IMG/VR virus record: IMGVR_UViG_3300038530_003247
Location: 65,192 to 129,191 of that record
Length of the DNA: 64,000 bases
From: a virus
Taxonomy: Duplodnaviria; Caudoviricetes
Reading direction: 5' to 3' (one strand)
Part shown: piece by piece, positions 1 to 7,649 of the stretch
Layout of the letters: each line of letters opens with the position of its first letter
Numbering within the stretch: the stretch's first letter is position 1
The notes under the pieces: generated by a model
Told to the model about the DNA's origin: nothing
The model's input: only the letters and a program-made list of their open reading frames with translations
Databases searched by the model: none
Program-made: the position numbers and the translations under genes

Positions 1-309
1 TGGGACATGAAGAGTAACGATGGTTATGTGAATGTGGTGGCAGTGATGCAGAAGTTCTTTGATCAGGCGATCAGTGGAAACTGGTCTTATAATCCAGAGA
101 ACTATCCTGACAATGAGGTTCCTGTTTCTGTCATGGCACAGGACTTCCTCAACACTTATAAGTATGGTTGGAAGACCTCTTATTACCAAAATACATATGA
201 CAATAAGACAGATGAAGTGAAAGAAGAACCAGACAATTCTAAACTAAACGACATCTTAAACGAACTAACCAATTCAGAGGAGGAAGCTTGTGAAAGCTGT
301 GCAATTTAA
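1..309 (+). CDS. nrdA: Ribonucleotide reductase class Ia alpha subunit, C-terminal fragment (5' truncated by window)
   Basis: QKFFDQAISGNWSY, YKYGWKTSYY, terminal CESC redox pair; directly upstream of nrdB. Confidence 0.95.
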   Translation, partial: WDMKSNDGYVNVVAVMQKFFDQAISGNWSYNPENYPDNEVPVSVMAQDFLNTYKYGWKTSYYQNTYDNKTDEVKEEPDNSKLNDILNELTNSEEEACESCAI

Positions 310-1486
310 AGTTTCACCAGAGATGATGAACAATGGTATTACAGATGTGAAGAGATTGACTGTATTCAATACAGAGCAAGTTAATTCCAAGAAACAACCA
401 ATGTTTTTTGGCAAACCGTTGGGAGTTCAAAGATACGATTCTTATAAGTATCCAGTCTTCGAAAAACTAACAACACAACAACTGGGTTATTTCTGGAGAC
501 CTGAGGAAATCTCCCTTCAGAAGGACAGAGGTGATTATCTCACCTTGAGACCGGAACAGAAGCACATTTATACTTCTAACCTGAAGTATCAAATCATGTT
601 GGACTCCGTTCAAGGTAGAGCTCCTGGAATGGCTTTTGCTCCCTATTGTTCTCTCCCTGAACTTGAGTCTTGTATGAAGGTGTGGGAGTTCATGGAGATG
701 GTTCATTCTCGTTCTTACACTCACATCATCAAGAACATCTATTCTGACCCCTCAGAGGTGTTTGACACCATCCTGAAGGACGATCGAATCCTTGAGAGGG
801 CAAAGACTGTCACTGAGTCTTATGATGACTTTGTCAACAGCGCTCATGTGTATGATCAGAACAACTTCTGGGAACTTGCCAACGAAGGTCACGATCTTGG
901 TAAGTTTGAAAGGAAGGAACTGAAGCGTAAACTTTATCGTGCAGTTGCTAATGTCAACATCCTTGAAGGTATTCGTTTCTATGTGAGTTTCGCTTGTTCT
1001 TTCGCTTTCGGTGAACTCAAACTCATGGAAGGATCGGCTAAGGTTATTTCCTTTATCGCAAGGGATGAGAATCAGCATCTTGCAATCACTCAAAACATTC
1101 TGAACAACTGGAAGAAGGGTGATGATCCTGAGATGGTAGAGATCGCTAAGGAAGAGGAGGAGTGGTTCTACGCAATGTTTGACAGAGCCGTGAATGAAGA
1201 GAAGAGATGGGCTGATTATCTCTTCAAAGAAGGAAGTATGATTGGTCTCAATGACAAACTACTACAAAAGTATGTTGAGTGGATTGCTAATCGTCGTATG
1301 AAGGCAATTGGTCTGAGACCTGTCTATGATGTGGCAGCCAAGAACAATCCTCTCCCCTGGACACAACACTGGATCTCTTCTAAGGGTCTCCAGAATGCAC
1401 CACAGGAAACTGAAATTGAATCGTATCTCATTGGAGGTATCAAACAAGATGTCAAGAAGGACACCTTCTCGGGATTCAAACTCTGA
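290..1486 (+). CDS. nrdB: Ribonucleotide reductase class Ia beta subunit
   Basis: FWRPEE, DSVQGR, EMVHSRSY, EGIRFYVSF, RDENQH di-iron motifs; exact start uncertain. Confidence 0.97.
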   Translation: MKAVQFKVSPEMMNNGITDVKRLTVFNTEQVNSKKQPMFFGKPLGVQRYDSYKYPVFEKLTTQQLGYFWRPEEISLQKDRGDYLTLRPEQKHIYTSNLKYQIMLDSVQGRAPGMAFAPYCSLPELESCMKVWEFMEMVHSRSYTHIIKNIYSDPSEVFDTILKDDRILERAKTVTESYDDFVNSAHVYDQNNFWELANEGHDLGKFERKELKRKLYRAVANVNILEGIRFYVSFACSFAFGELKLMEGSAKVISFIARDENQHLAITQNILNNWKKGDDPEMVEIAKEEEEWFYAMFDRAVNEEKRWADYLFKEGSMIGLNDKLLQKYVEWIANRRMKAIGLRPVYDVAAKNNPLPWTQHWISSKGLQNAPQETEIESYLIGGIKQDVKKDTFSGFKL

Positions 1487-1525
1487 TGTCTGGGAAGACT
1501 TCCCACTGAGGGAAGGAGATTATAT

Positions 1526-1570
1526 CACTGGTCATCCTCTAAATAATGAGACTGATGATGATGGCCAGTG
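1526..1570 (+). promoter_or_regulatory. 11-bp hairpin covering the GTG start of the next gene, with a late promoter (CTAAATA 1539-1545) in its loop
   Basis: CACTGGTCATC (1526-1536) pairs with GATGGCCAGTG (1560-1570), one G-U. Confidence 0.6.
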
Positions 1571-2008
1571 TGTGACTACGAGAACCCATGGATCTATCTG
1601 GAGAAACCCTTTACTAGTGATGATGTTCGGGACTTTTATGGTTTTGTTTATCTCATTACCAATCTCTCCAATCAACGACTCTACATTGGCAGAAAAGTTT
1701 TCTGGTTTTATCGAAAACCTCCTGGAAAGAAACGAAGAGTAAAGAAAGAATCTGATTGGAAGCTGTATTACGGATCTTGTGATGAACTGAAAGAAGACGT
1801 TGAACTCCTCGGAACTCACATGTTCAAGAGGGAGATTCTTTCGCTGCATAAAACTAAAGGTAAGACAAACTTTGCCGAGACTGAGGCACTGTTCAAGAAC
1901 AATGTCCTCACAGAGTCCATGAAGGATGGCTCTCCTCTTTATTATAATTCCAACATTATGAATCGTTACTACAGAAAAGACTACTTCACAGGCTTGACAG
2001 AGGAGTGA
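1568..2008 (+). CDS. GIY-YIG-like nuclease domain protein
   Basis: GFVYLITN...YIGRK and YYGS motifs. Confidence 0.7.
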   Translation: MCDYENPWIYLEKPFTSDDVRDFYGFVYLITNLSNQRLYIGRKVFWFYRKPPGKKRRVKKESDWKLYYGSCDELKEDVELLGTHMFKREILSLHKTKGKTNFAETEALFKNNVLTESMKDGSPLYYNSNIMNRYYRKDYFTGLTEE

Positions 2009-2051
2009 GGTTTTGGATAAGATAACTAGTGTTAGAAGTTAAGGCTTTTAA

Positions 2052-2270
2052 ATGGAAGACATTTCCACAGAGACTCTTGTCGAGAATATTCATGAATGGG
2101 CTTGCGAGCGCATGAATGAACTGGAACAAAAACGAAAGTATCTTGATCTGGTTGCTCTTTATGAAGAGTATCAAGAGTGGATGACCAAAGACGACGACGA
2201 GGACATCGAGGTCATGTCCATCACAAAGATTGACACTGATGATCATGAAGATTATGGATGGTATGATTAA
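2052..2270 (+). CDS. Hypothetical acidic protein
   Basis: ORF fills gap; upstream TTGACA-N18-TAAGAT at 1994-2023. Confidence 0.6.
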   Translation: MEDISTETLVENIHEWACERMNELEQKRKYLDLVALYEEYQEWMTKDDDEDIEVMSITKIDTDDHEDYGWYD

Positions 2271-2943
2271 TCTAAGAAATTTCTTTCTCTATTACAGAGA
2301 CAAGTTTTCTCAACAGCTAGGTGTTGAGAAACTCTATGAGGACATCAAAAGAGATGCACCGCATCTCTTGGATGAGAATTCAGAGTGGGTTAGAATTTAC
2401 AGAGATCAAGTTGAGACACTCTCACCTGTGTCTAAGACTGGACTTGAACTCATCAAAGAGTTTGAGGGTCTCCATGAGGTCCGCTCTGATGAGGAGTTCG
2501 TCCACGCTTATTATGATCCTCTCAGTGGAGGACTTCCTATTACCATTGGTTATAAATCTACCAAGACAATGAGTGGTGGCCCTTTCTTCATCGGAGACTA
2601 CATCACAAAAGAAGATGCAAGTGATCTTCTTGAAGTTCAGGCAGAGAAAGATTATTGGTCTGTCCTTGAGAAGTCAATCCCTTATTGGAATGAGATGAAT
2701 GACAATCAACGTGGAGCACTGCTGAGCTTTAGTTATAATCTTGGAGCTCACTTCTACAACACAAGAGGATTTGATACTATTTCACGAGTTCTTAGGGAGA
2801 AGGACTGGGATGGAGTTCCTGATGCTCTTTTCCTTTATCGTAGCCCAGGTACCAGTATTGAAGCTGAACTGGCAAGAAGAAGGACTGCTGAGGGTGAACT
2901 TTGGAAAAAACCAGTCTATGTTCCCTTTCATCATCCAGTCTAA
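2263..2943 (+). CDS. Lysozyme (GH24, endolysin-like) with N-terminal extension
   Basis: LIKEFEGL...YYD...TIGY, ALLSFSYNLG, LARRRTAEGELW; ATG 2263 chosen as start. Confidence 0.88.
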   Translation: MINLRNFFLYYRDKFSQQLGVEKLYEDIKRDAPHLLDENSEWVRIYRDQVETLSPVSKTGLELIKEFEGLHEVRSDEEFVHAYYDPLSGGLPITIGYKSTKTMSGGPFFIGDYITKEDASDLLEVQAEKDYWSVLEKSIPYWNEMNDNQRGALLSFSYNLGAHFYNTRGFDTISRVLREKDWDGVPDALFLYRSPGTSIEAELARRRTAEGELWKKPVYVPFHHPV

Positions 2944-2979
2944 TATTAAGAAATATGTGTTAGGGTCTATATATAAGAT

Positions 2980-3017
2980 GGGAGAGAATGATGATGAGTC
3001 ACCTCTCTCTTCTTTTT
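2980..3017 (+). terminator. Hairpin with U-rich tail (possible intrinsic terminator)
   Basis: GGGAGAG...CTCTCTC followed by TTCTTTTT. Confidence 0.4.
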
Positions 3018-3035
3018 GCCCTATAGTAATGGAAC

Positions 3036-3635
3036 ATGAAAGTGCCTAATATTAAAACTAGTGTGGCTATCGTTGGAGCTCTAGCATCCTTCGTTGTGGT
3101 GACAGATTATATATCAATTAAATTTCAAAAGCCACCAGTCACCCTCCAATCAACAGAACTTCCACCTCCAACACCAAAAGAACTGAAACTCAGGAAAGCT
3201 ACAGAAACAGAACAAGTGGTTCTTGATTTTATTGTTGATGTTGGAATTACTGATAAGAATGCGGTTGCAACTGTTCTTGGAAATATTAAACAAGAGTCAA
3301 GGTTTGATACTTATGTATGTGAAGGTGGAAAGAGAACCGGGTATAGAGGTTGCCACAAAGGTGGATTTGGTCTCATTCAATGGACGACATTTGGAAGGTA
3401 TAATGGACTTGGTAAGTATGCTCGTTCGAGAAATGCCGATCCCAACAACCTTCAAATTCAATTGGAATACATGTTGACAGAGAGACCATGGAAGAGAGCT
3501 GTCGAGACATTCAAGACACCTGGTAAAACCATTGACAGTTATATGGATGCTGCTCACATCTGGTTAGGGTGGGGAGTTCATGGAGCGAGAACCAATTACG
3601 CTCACGATTACGCAGACCGACTTTATTGGGGATAG
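3036..3635 (+). CDS. Phage tail lysozyme-type cell-wall hydrolase with N-terminal hydrophobic anchor
   Basis: ATVLGNIKQESRF, GFGLIQWT, QLEYML motifs. Confidence 0.8.
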   Translation: MKVPNIKTSVAIVGALASFVVVTDYISIKFQKPPVTLQSTELPPPTPKELKLRKATETEQVVLDFIVDVGITDKNAVATVLGNIKQESRFDTYVCEGGKRTGYRGCHKGGFGLIQWTTFGRYNGLGKYARSRNADPNNLQIQLEYMLTERPWKRAVETFKTPGKTIDSYMDAAHIWLGWGVHGARTNYAHDYADRLYWG

Positions 3636-3638
3636 AGG

Positions 3639-3666
3639 TTGACACCGTCCTCTCAGGAGTTATAAT
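3639..3666 (+). promoter_or_regulatory. Sigma70-like early promoter of tRNA operon
   Basis: TTGACA-N16-TATAAT. Confidence 0.75.
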
Positions 3667-3672
3667 AAAAGG

Positions 3673-3742
3673 GTTGAGAGGGAAACCACTCAACTGCGGT
3701 GACTCCCTTGGTGGTTCAGGGTCAGCGGCGATAGGAACCACC
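3673..3742 (+). ncRNA. Candidate structured RNA: GAAA hairpin plus H-type pseudoknot, leader of tRNA operon
   Basis: GTTGAG/CTCAAC; TGACTC 3700-3705/GGGTCA 3719-3724; GGTGGTTC 3710-3717/GAACCACC 3735-3742. Confidence 0.5.
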
Positions 3743-3746
3743 TAAT

Positions 3747-3820
3747 GGGTCCGTAGCTCAGTGGAATAGAGCATCGCTCTTCTAAAGCGTTGGTCGTTGG
3801 TTCGAATCCAACCGGACCCG
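3747..3820 (+). tRNA. trnR: tRNA-Arg(TCT)
   Basis: Cloverleaf, GGGTCCG/CGGACCC acceptor stem, loop CT-TCT-AA, TTCGAAT T-loop; no encoded CCA. Confidence 0.95.
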
Positions 3821-3840
3821 TTGGTAACTCTGTTACCTTT

Positions 3841-3913
3841 GCCTTCTTAGCTCAGCTGGTAGAGCAGGGCTTTTGTAAAGCTCAGGTCGTCGGTTCAAGT
3901 CCGTCAGAAGGCT
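3841..3913 (+). tRNA. trnT: tRNA-Thr(TGT)
   Basis: GCCTTCT/AGAAGGC acceptor stem, loop TT-TGT-AA. Confidence 0.95.
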
Positions 3914-3915
3914 CC

Positions 3916-3987
3916 GCGGAATTAGTTCAGTGGTAGAACGCCATCCTTCCAAGTTGGATGTCACCGGTTCGAATCCGGTATTCCGCT
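3916..3987 (+). tRNA. trnG: tRNA-Gly(TCC)
   Basis: GCGGAAT/ATTCCGC acceptor stem, loop CT-TCC-AA. Confidence 0.95.
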
Positions 3988-4004
3988 TTCCCTTCGGGGA
4001 ACAT

Positions 4005-4076
4005 TCCTCTGTAGCTCAGCGGTAGAGCCATCGACTGTTAATCGATTGGTCCCAGGTTCGAATCCTGGCGGGGGAG
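4005..4076 (+). tRNA. trnN: tRNA-Asn(GTT)
   Basis: TCCTCTG/CGGGGGA acceptor stem, ATCGA-CT-GTT-AA-TCGAT arm. Confidence 0.95.
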
Positions 4077-4077
4077 T

Positions 4078-4248
4078 AAACGGACTGGAATACATCCGTG
4101 CTCGCGTCTCCAGGAGAAAAAAGAACTGGAAAACCAACCCACGCGGGAGAGAGGTGGGATCCCTCTTGGTGCCCCCTCTGCTGACGAGCAGAGGGTATTA
4201 TAAAATACCAGGACTTTGGTCCGAATTGCAGGTTGGTTCACCTGCCAC
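4078..4248 (+). ncRNA. Multi-stem pseudoknotted RNA between tRNAs, probably the manA RNA motif
   Basis: Stems ACGGA/TCCGT, CTCGCGT/ACGCGGG, CCCTCTGCT/AGCAGAGGG, GGAC/GTCC, GCAGGT/ACCTGC; AACCAACC complementary to GGTTGGTT; manA RNAs are known next to cyanophage tRNAs. Confidence 0.65.
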
Positions 4249-4320
4249 GCCCGAATAGCTCAGCGGTAGAGCACCTCCTTTACACGGAGATTGTCGGGGG
4301 TTCGATCCCCTCTTCGGGCA
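4249..4320 (+). tRNA. trnV: tRNA-Val(TAC)
   Basis: GCCCGAA/TTCGGGC acceptor stem, loop TT-TAC-AC. Confidence 0.95.
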
Positions 4321-4336
4321 TTTCATACAAAGACTT

Positions 4337-4567
4337 ATGTGGAGAATCTGGTGTTACGCACTTGGTAAAAAGGAAGGCCGCAACAAGAAAGATGCAGATC
4401 GAATTGCTCTCATAAGATCTTTCATACTTCTCACATATCTCATCACTAATTGCTTCATTATCGCTGGTGTTGTCAGACACTGGAACACTGAAGGTAAGAC
4501 ATTGATTTACATGTGTCAGGAAGAAAGAAACATGAGAAGGTCTTGTACATTAGTGTCTGAAAATTAA
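4337..4567 (+). CDS. Small membrane protein of cyanophage type
   Basis: MWRIWCYALGKK...ADRIALIR...ITNCFIIAGVVRHW; one hydrophobic segment. Confidence 0.7.
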   Translation: MWRIWCYALGKKEGRNKKDADRIALIRSFILLTYLITNCFIIAGVVRHWNTEGKTLIYMCQEERNMRRSCTLVSEN

Positions 4568-4629
4568 CACATAAGATTTATTATTAACATTAATTCTCTT
4601 ATAATTAGTTGAGCAATAAAGATTTTTGT

Positions 4630-4953
4630 ATGAAATTTCTATTCACACTAATCGCAACATTGTTCATCGCTTTCCCTGCCTGGGCAGTGGATGTAACCAT
4701 GGGATCAAACGGTAATCTGGTTTTTGAACCAAATGAAATCACCATCTCTTCAGGTGATACTGTTCACTTTGTGAATGGTATGTTACCCCCACACAATATC
4801 ATCGTTGAGGGAAGAGATGATCTTTCGAAAGACCAACTCCTGTTTGCAACAGGAGATACACAAGACATTGTCTTTCCCGATGCTGGTGACTATAATTTCT
4901 ATTGTGGGCCTCACCAAGGCGCTGGAATGACGGGAGTTGTGCATGTACAATGA
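4630..4953 (+). CDS. petE: Plastocyanin
   Basis: Signal peptide ending AWA; PHN and YCGPHQGAGM copper ligands. Confidence 0.95.
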   Translation: MKFLFTLIATLFIAFPAWAVDVTMGSNGNLVFEPNEITISSGDTVHFVNGMLPPHNIIVEGRDDLSKDQLLFATGDTQDIVFPDAGDYNFYCGPHQGAGMTGVVHVQ

Positions 4954-5093
4954 TTGATGAACATGGTTGGACACAAAGAGATCCTATCAGTGATGATGAG
5001 TTGATTCTTTTGTGTGTCAAGAATGCCCCTTGTGGTACAGATAGAAAACAAGTATTGGCCCTTATCAAAAAGTACGAAGAAAAATTAAAATGA
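4950..5093 (+). CDS. Hypothetical protein
   Basis: ATGA overlaps with petE and talC. Confidence 0.6.
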   Translation: MIDEHGWTQRDPISDDELILLCVKNAPCGTDRKQVLALIKKYEEKLK

Positions 5094-5800
5094 AAATCTT
5101 TTTAGACACAGCTGACACTGAAGTAATTAGAGAGTACTTCGATACTGGTCTTGTTGATGGGGTAACAACTAACCCAACTCTTATTCGAAAGTCTGGACGG
5201 AATCCAGAGGATGTTTATCAGGAAATCAAAGACATTGGTGTCAAGGATATCAGTATGGAAGTTAGTGGAACTGCTGCTGAGATGTACCATGAAGGACGTA
5301 GACTTCACTTAAAGTTTGGTGATGTTACCACTATCAAAGTTCCTTGTACCAGAGATGGTCTGAGTGTATGTAAACAGCTCTCCAGGGAACTCATCAAAAC
5401 AAACGTCACACTCGTCTTCTGTGCCAGTCAGGCAATCCTGGCAGCCAAGGCAGGAGCAACTTATGTTTCTCCTTTCGTTGGTCGTCTTGATGACCAGTCC
5501 GTTGCTGGTCTTGAGGTGGTCCGTTCTATCTCTGAACTTTACAGAATTCATGGGATGAGAACTCAGGTTCTTTCTGCATCGATTCGTTCTATTCAGAGAG
5601 TTGTTCGTTCCTATTACAATGGAGCTCAAATCGTCACAATGCCACCAGACATCTTTGATAAGATGTATGATCACATTCTTACAGACGCAGGAATGGAAAT
5701 CTTTGAGAAGGATCTAAAGATGACTGAAGCATTGACGAGACTTCATAATGACATCCGTAAAGCTGAGGCCGAATCCTCAGACTATGGTGTCGGTAAATAA
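5090..5800 (+). CDS. talC: Transaldolase (TalC family)
   Basis: IFLDTAD, GVTTNPTL, IKVP, YVSPFVGRLDD, LSASIR. Confidence 0.96.
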   Translation: MKIFLDTADTEVIREYFDTGLVDGVTTNPTLIRKSGRNPEDVYQEIKDIGVKDISMEVSGTAAEMYHEGRRLHLKFGDVTTIKVPCTRDGLSVCKQLSRELIKTNVTLVFCASQAILAAKAGATYVSPFVGRLDDQSVAGLEVVRSISELYRIHGMRTQVLSASIRSIQRVVRSYYNGAQIVTMPPDIFDKMYDHILTDAGMEIFEKDLKMTEALTRLHNDIRKAEAESSDYGVGK

Positions 5801-5826
5801 ATAACCAAGTAAACTTTTACAAACAT

Positions 5827-5961
5827 ATGAAACTTTTACAAATTGCTGGACTCCTCGGAGTAGTCGCTTTCCTTGGTGCTGGCGTGATTCACGGCCAGTT
5901 CCATATTTACAATAGCTCAATTCCTCACGTTCATGAGAATGGTGTAGTTCACGCTCACTGA
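5827..5961 (+). CDS. 44-aa peptide: hydrophobic N-terminus plus His-rich tail (below ORF-track cutoff)
   Basis: MKLLQIAGLLGVVAFLGAGVIHGQFHIYNSSIPHVHENGVVHAH; ATAAATA at 5797-5803. Confidence 0.65.
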   Translation: MKLLQIAGLLGVVAFLGAGVIHGQFHIYNSSIPHVHENGVVHAH

Positions 5962-5988
5962 TAAATATGTTCATGAACATATCATATT

Positions 5989-6186
5989 ATGGATTACAAA
6001 CCTTATTCCCCAGAATGGCATCGCAAAAGATACCTAAAAGAGGCACTAGATAAGTACCTTGATGACTATATTGAAAATGACATTATTGTGGGGGACATTC
6101 TGAATATTATTTGTGCTCGTCAGGAACGGGCACAAACAGAATATCAAAAATTAGAAGACTTAGAATCAAAACTTCGCAAGAAATAA
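5989..6186 (+). CDS. Hypothetical protein
   Basis: MDYKPYSPEWHRKRYL; ATAAATA upstream. Confidence 0.7.
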   Translation: MDYKPYSPEWHRKRYLKEALDKYLDDYIENDIIVGDILNIICARQERAQTEYQKLEDLESKLRKK

Positions 6187-6190
6187 AAAA

Positions 6191-6505
6191 ATGCTATCTA
6201 CCCAATATAGACTCCGTTTAGAGTCCATTTGTCGGTGCATCGCAAATAAAGAAGAGGTGCCACTAGAAGACATGATCTGGGCAGAGAAGTTAGCTAAGGC
6301 AAACACAACAGCTCGAGATTGGTTGAAGAAGGCTCGTCGTCAATCTTCTCAAGATATCGAAGAAGGTTCGGTCGATGATTTTATGAATAGGATGGGTCTT
6401 GGGGACCCCGATCCATCTAATCACAAAACGGGGTTCTCTGGAGCGGATGAAATCGTGGATTGGTTTAAGCAAGATAAACCTGATGATTGGAGGCAGAGGG
6501 ATTAA
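6191..6505 (+). CDS. Conserved cyanophage hypothetical protein
   Basis: MLSTQYRLRLE...DDWRQRD. Confidence 0.75.
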   Translation: MLSTQYRLRLESICRCIANKEEVPLEDMIWAEKLAKANTTARDWLKKARRQSSQDIEEGSVDDFMNRMGLGDPDPSNHKTGFSGADEIVDWFKQDKPDDWRQRD

Positions 6506-6753
6506 TGCAATCAGTAATCTATTCAAATAAAAATCAAGAGTCAGAAAGAGCTGTTATGCTTCTCTCAAATGTGAGAGAAGATTTCCATGAGTATGTTCTG
6601 GGTAGGGACTTCACTGAGAATCAATTTAAAGCAGAGTTTGGTGAAACTGCTGAATATCCACAGATTGCTATTGGATTAGTTCATAGAGGAGGGTTGAAAG
6701 AGACTCTTCAGTTCATGAAAGAAAACAATTATTTTGACTTAGAAAATGAATGA
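6505..6753 (+). CDS. Glutaredoxin-fold protein lacking cysteines
   Basis: RDFT..QFKAEFG...YPQI...GGLKET; NQES where CxxC is expected. Confidence 0.6.
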   Translation: MQSVIYSNKNQESERAVMLLSNVREDFHEYVLGRDFTENQFKAEFGETAEYPQIAIGLVHRGGLKETLQFMKENNYFDLENE

Positions 6754-6919
6754 GGTTGTTAGAGGTCTTATGGGGAATGACTTTTTCCTCGCCTCACTTT
6801 GTTATCTTCTAGTTGTAGTTCCCACACTGGGGATTGCTTATGTCCATAGACCAAAGAAAAAGGTTGAGTTGTCTGATGAGGACAAACACCTTTACACAAA
6901 TCACGATGAGGGTCCTTGA
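6746..6919 (+). CDS. Small membrane protein (below cutoff)
   Basis: MNEVVRGLMGNDFFLASLCYLLVVVPTLGIAYVHRPKKK. Confidence 0.55.
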   Translation: MNEVVRGLMGNDFFLASLCYLLVVVPTLGIAYVHRPKKKVELSDEDKHLYTNHDEGP

Positions 6920-6944
6920 CAGAAACCTTCCTTTCCCTTACAAT
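6916..6944 (+). promoter_or_regulatory. Sigma70-like early promoter
   Basis: TTGACA-N17-TACAAT. Confidence 0.7.
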
Positions 6945-6965
6945 AAGAGAGTAAACAGTTAAATC

Positions 6966-7172
6966 ATGACCATCACAACAAAGTTCAAGAAGGATCTTCA
7001 AACTCTTGAGGGTGCTGCTAACGGTGACTTCTTCCTTGACGTGAAGAATCCAAAACTTTTCAAAAAGGTCCGTAAGTTTTATGAGAACGACGGTGTAGAA
7101 TTCTCTGGTGATCCTCTGGATGACTATGATATTCTTATTGATTGTATTGCTGAAGACCTGGAAACTAAGTGA
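6966..7172 (+). CDS. Conserved cyanophage hypothetical protein
   Basis: LDVKNPKLFKKVRKFYE...FSGDPLDDY. Confidence 0.75.
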   Translation: MTITTKFKKDLQTLEGAANGDFFLDVKNPKLFKKVRKFYENDGVEFSGDPLDDYDILIDCIAEDLETK

Positions 7173-7174
7173 TC

Positions 7175-7429
7175 ATGACAACTAAAGTTATTTTTGAAAG
7201 GTTCCCGTACAGGTACGTTGAAGTCGGCATGCTGGAAAACGGATGTGGGGATTACCGAATTCAAAAAGCAGATAACTATACTAACAGGTATCGTGACATG
7301 TATCTTCTGGATAACAAGATGCAAATGATCACGGCAATTGATGACTTCGAATATACGAAGTGGCTTGATCCCGAAGGGATTCCCTGTTATATTAAAGACA
7401 CAGTATCAAAAAAAGAGACTTATGACTGA
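7175..7429 (+). CDS. Conserved cyanophage hypothetical protein
   Basis: ERFPYRYVE...DYRIQK...KWLDPEG. Confidence 0.75.
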   Translation: MTTKVIFERFPYRYVEVGMLENGCGDYRIQKADNYTNRYRDMYLLDNKMQMITAIDDFEYTKWLDPEGIPCYIKDTVSKKETYD

Positions 7430-7631
7430 GCAACAAGACCATCTGAAAAGCTTGATTCAACAATCAGACAATCTGGCAAAAGAACTTCAAGAACTTCAAG
7501 CACAGGTTGATAACAAACGCCAATTGTTACTTAAAGTTCAAGGTGCAATCGAATACCTTATTCAAACTGGAGTTAAACTCGATGAAGAGCCAGTAGAGGA
7601 GTCAGTAGAAGAACCAACTGAAGATGAGTAA
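7422..7631 (+). CDS. Coiled-coil hypothetical protein
   Basis: Heptad pattern, KVQGAIEYL, acidic tail. Confidence 0.65.
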   Translation: MTEQQDHLKSLIQQSDNLAKELQELQAQVDNKRQLLLKVQGAIEYLIQTGVKLDEEPVEESVEEPTEDE

Positions 7632-7649
7632 AACTTAAAAGGAGACACG

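Noticed and set aside
290-1486. Intron or intein in nrdB (also checked thyX and phoH)
   Set aside because: ORFs are uninterrupted and of normal length
1326-1742. 138-aa plus-strand ORF spanning nrdB end and the GIY-YIG-like gene
   Set aside because: Out-of-frame overlap with two supported genes; no motif
3696-3742. HDV-like (theta) ribozyme next to a tRNA
   Set aside because: GGCGA resembles J4/2 but no P3/L3 or P1.1 can be built, and it lies 5' of the tRNA
4038-4480. Short ORFs over the tRNA/ncRNA region (4038-4241, 4046-4258, 4233-4415, 4280-4480)
   Set aside because: Overlap tRNAs, the structured RNA or a better-supported gene
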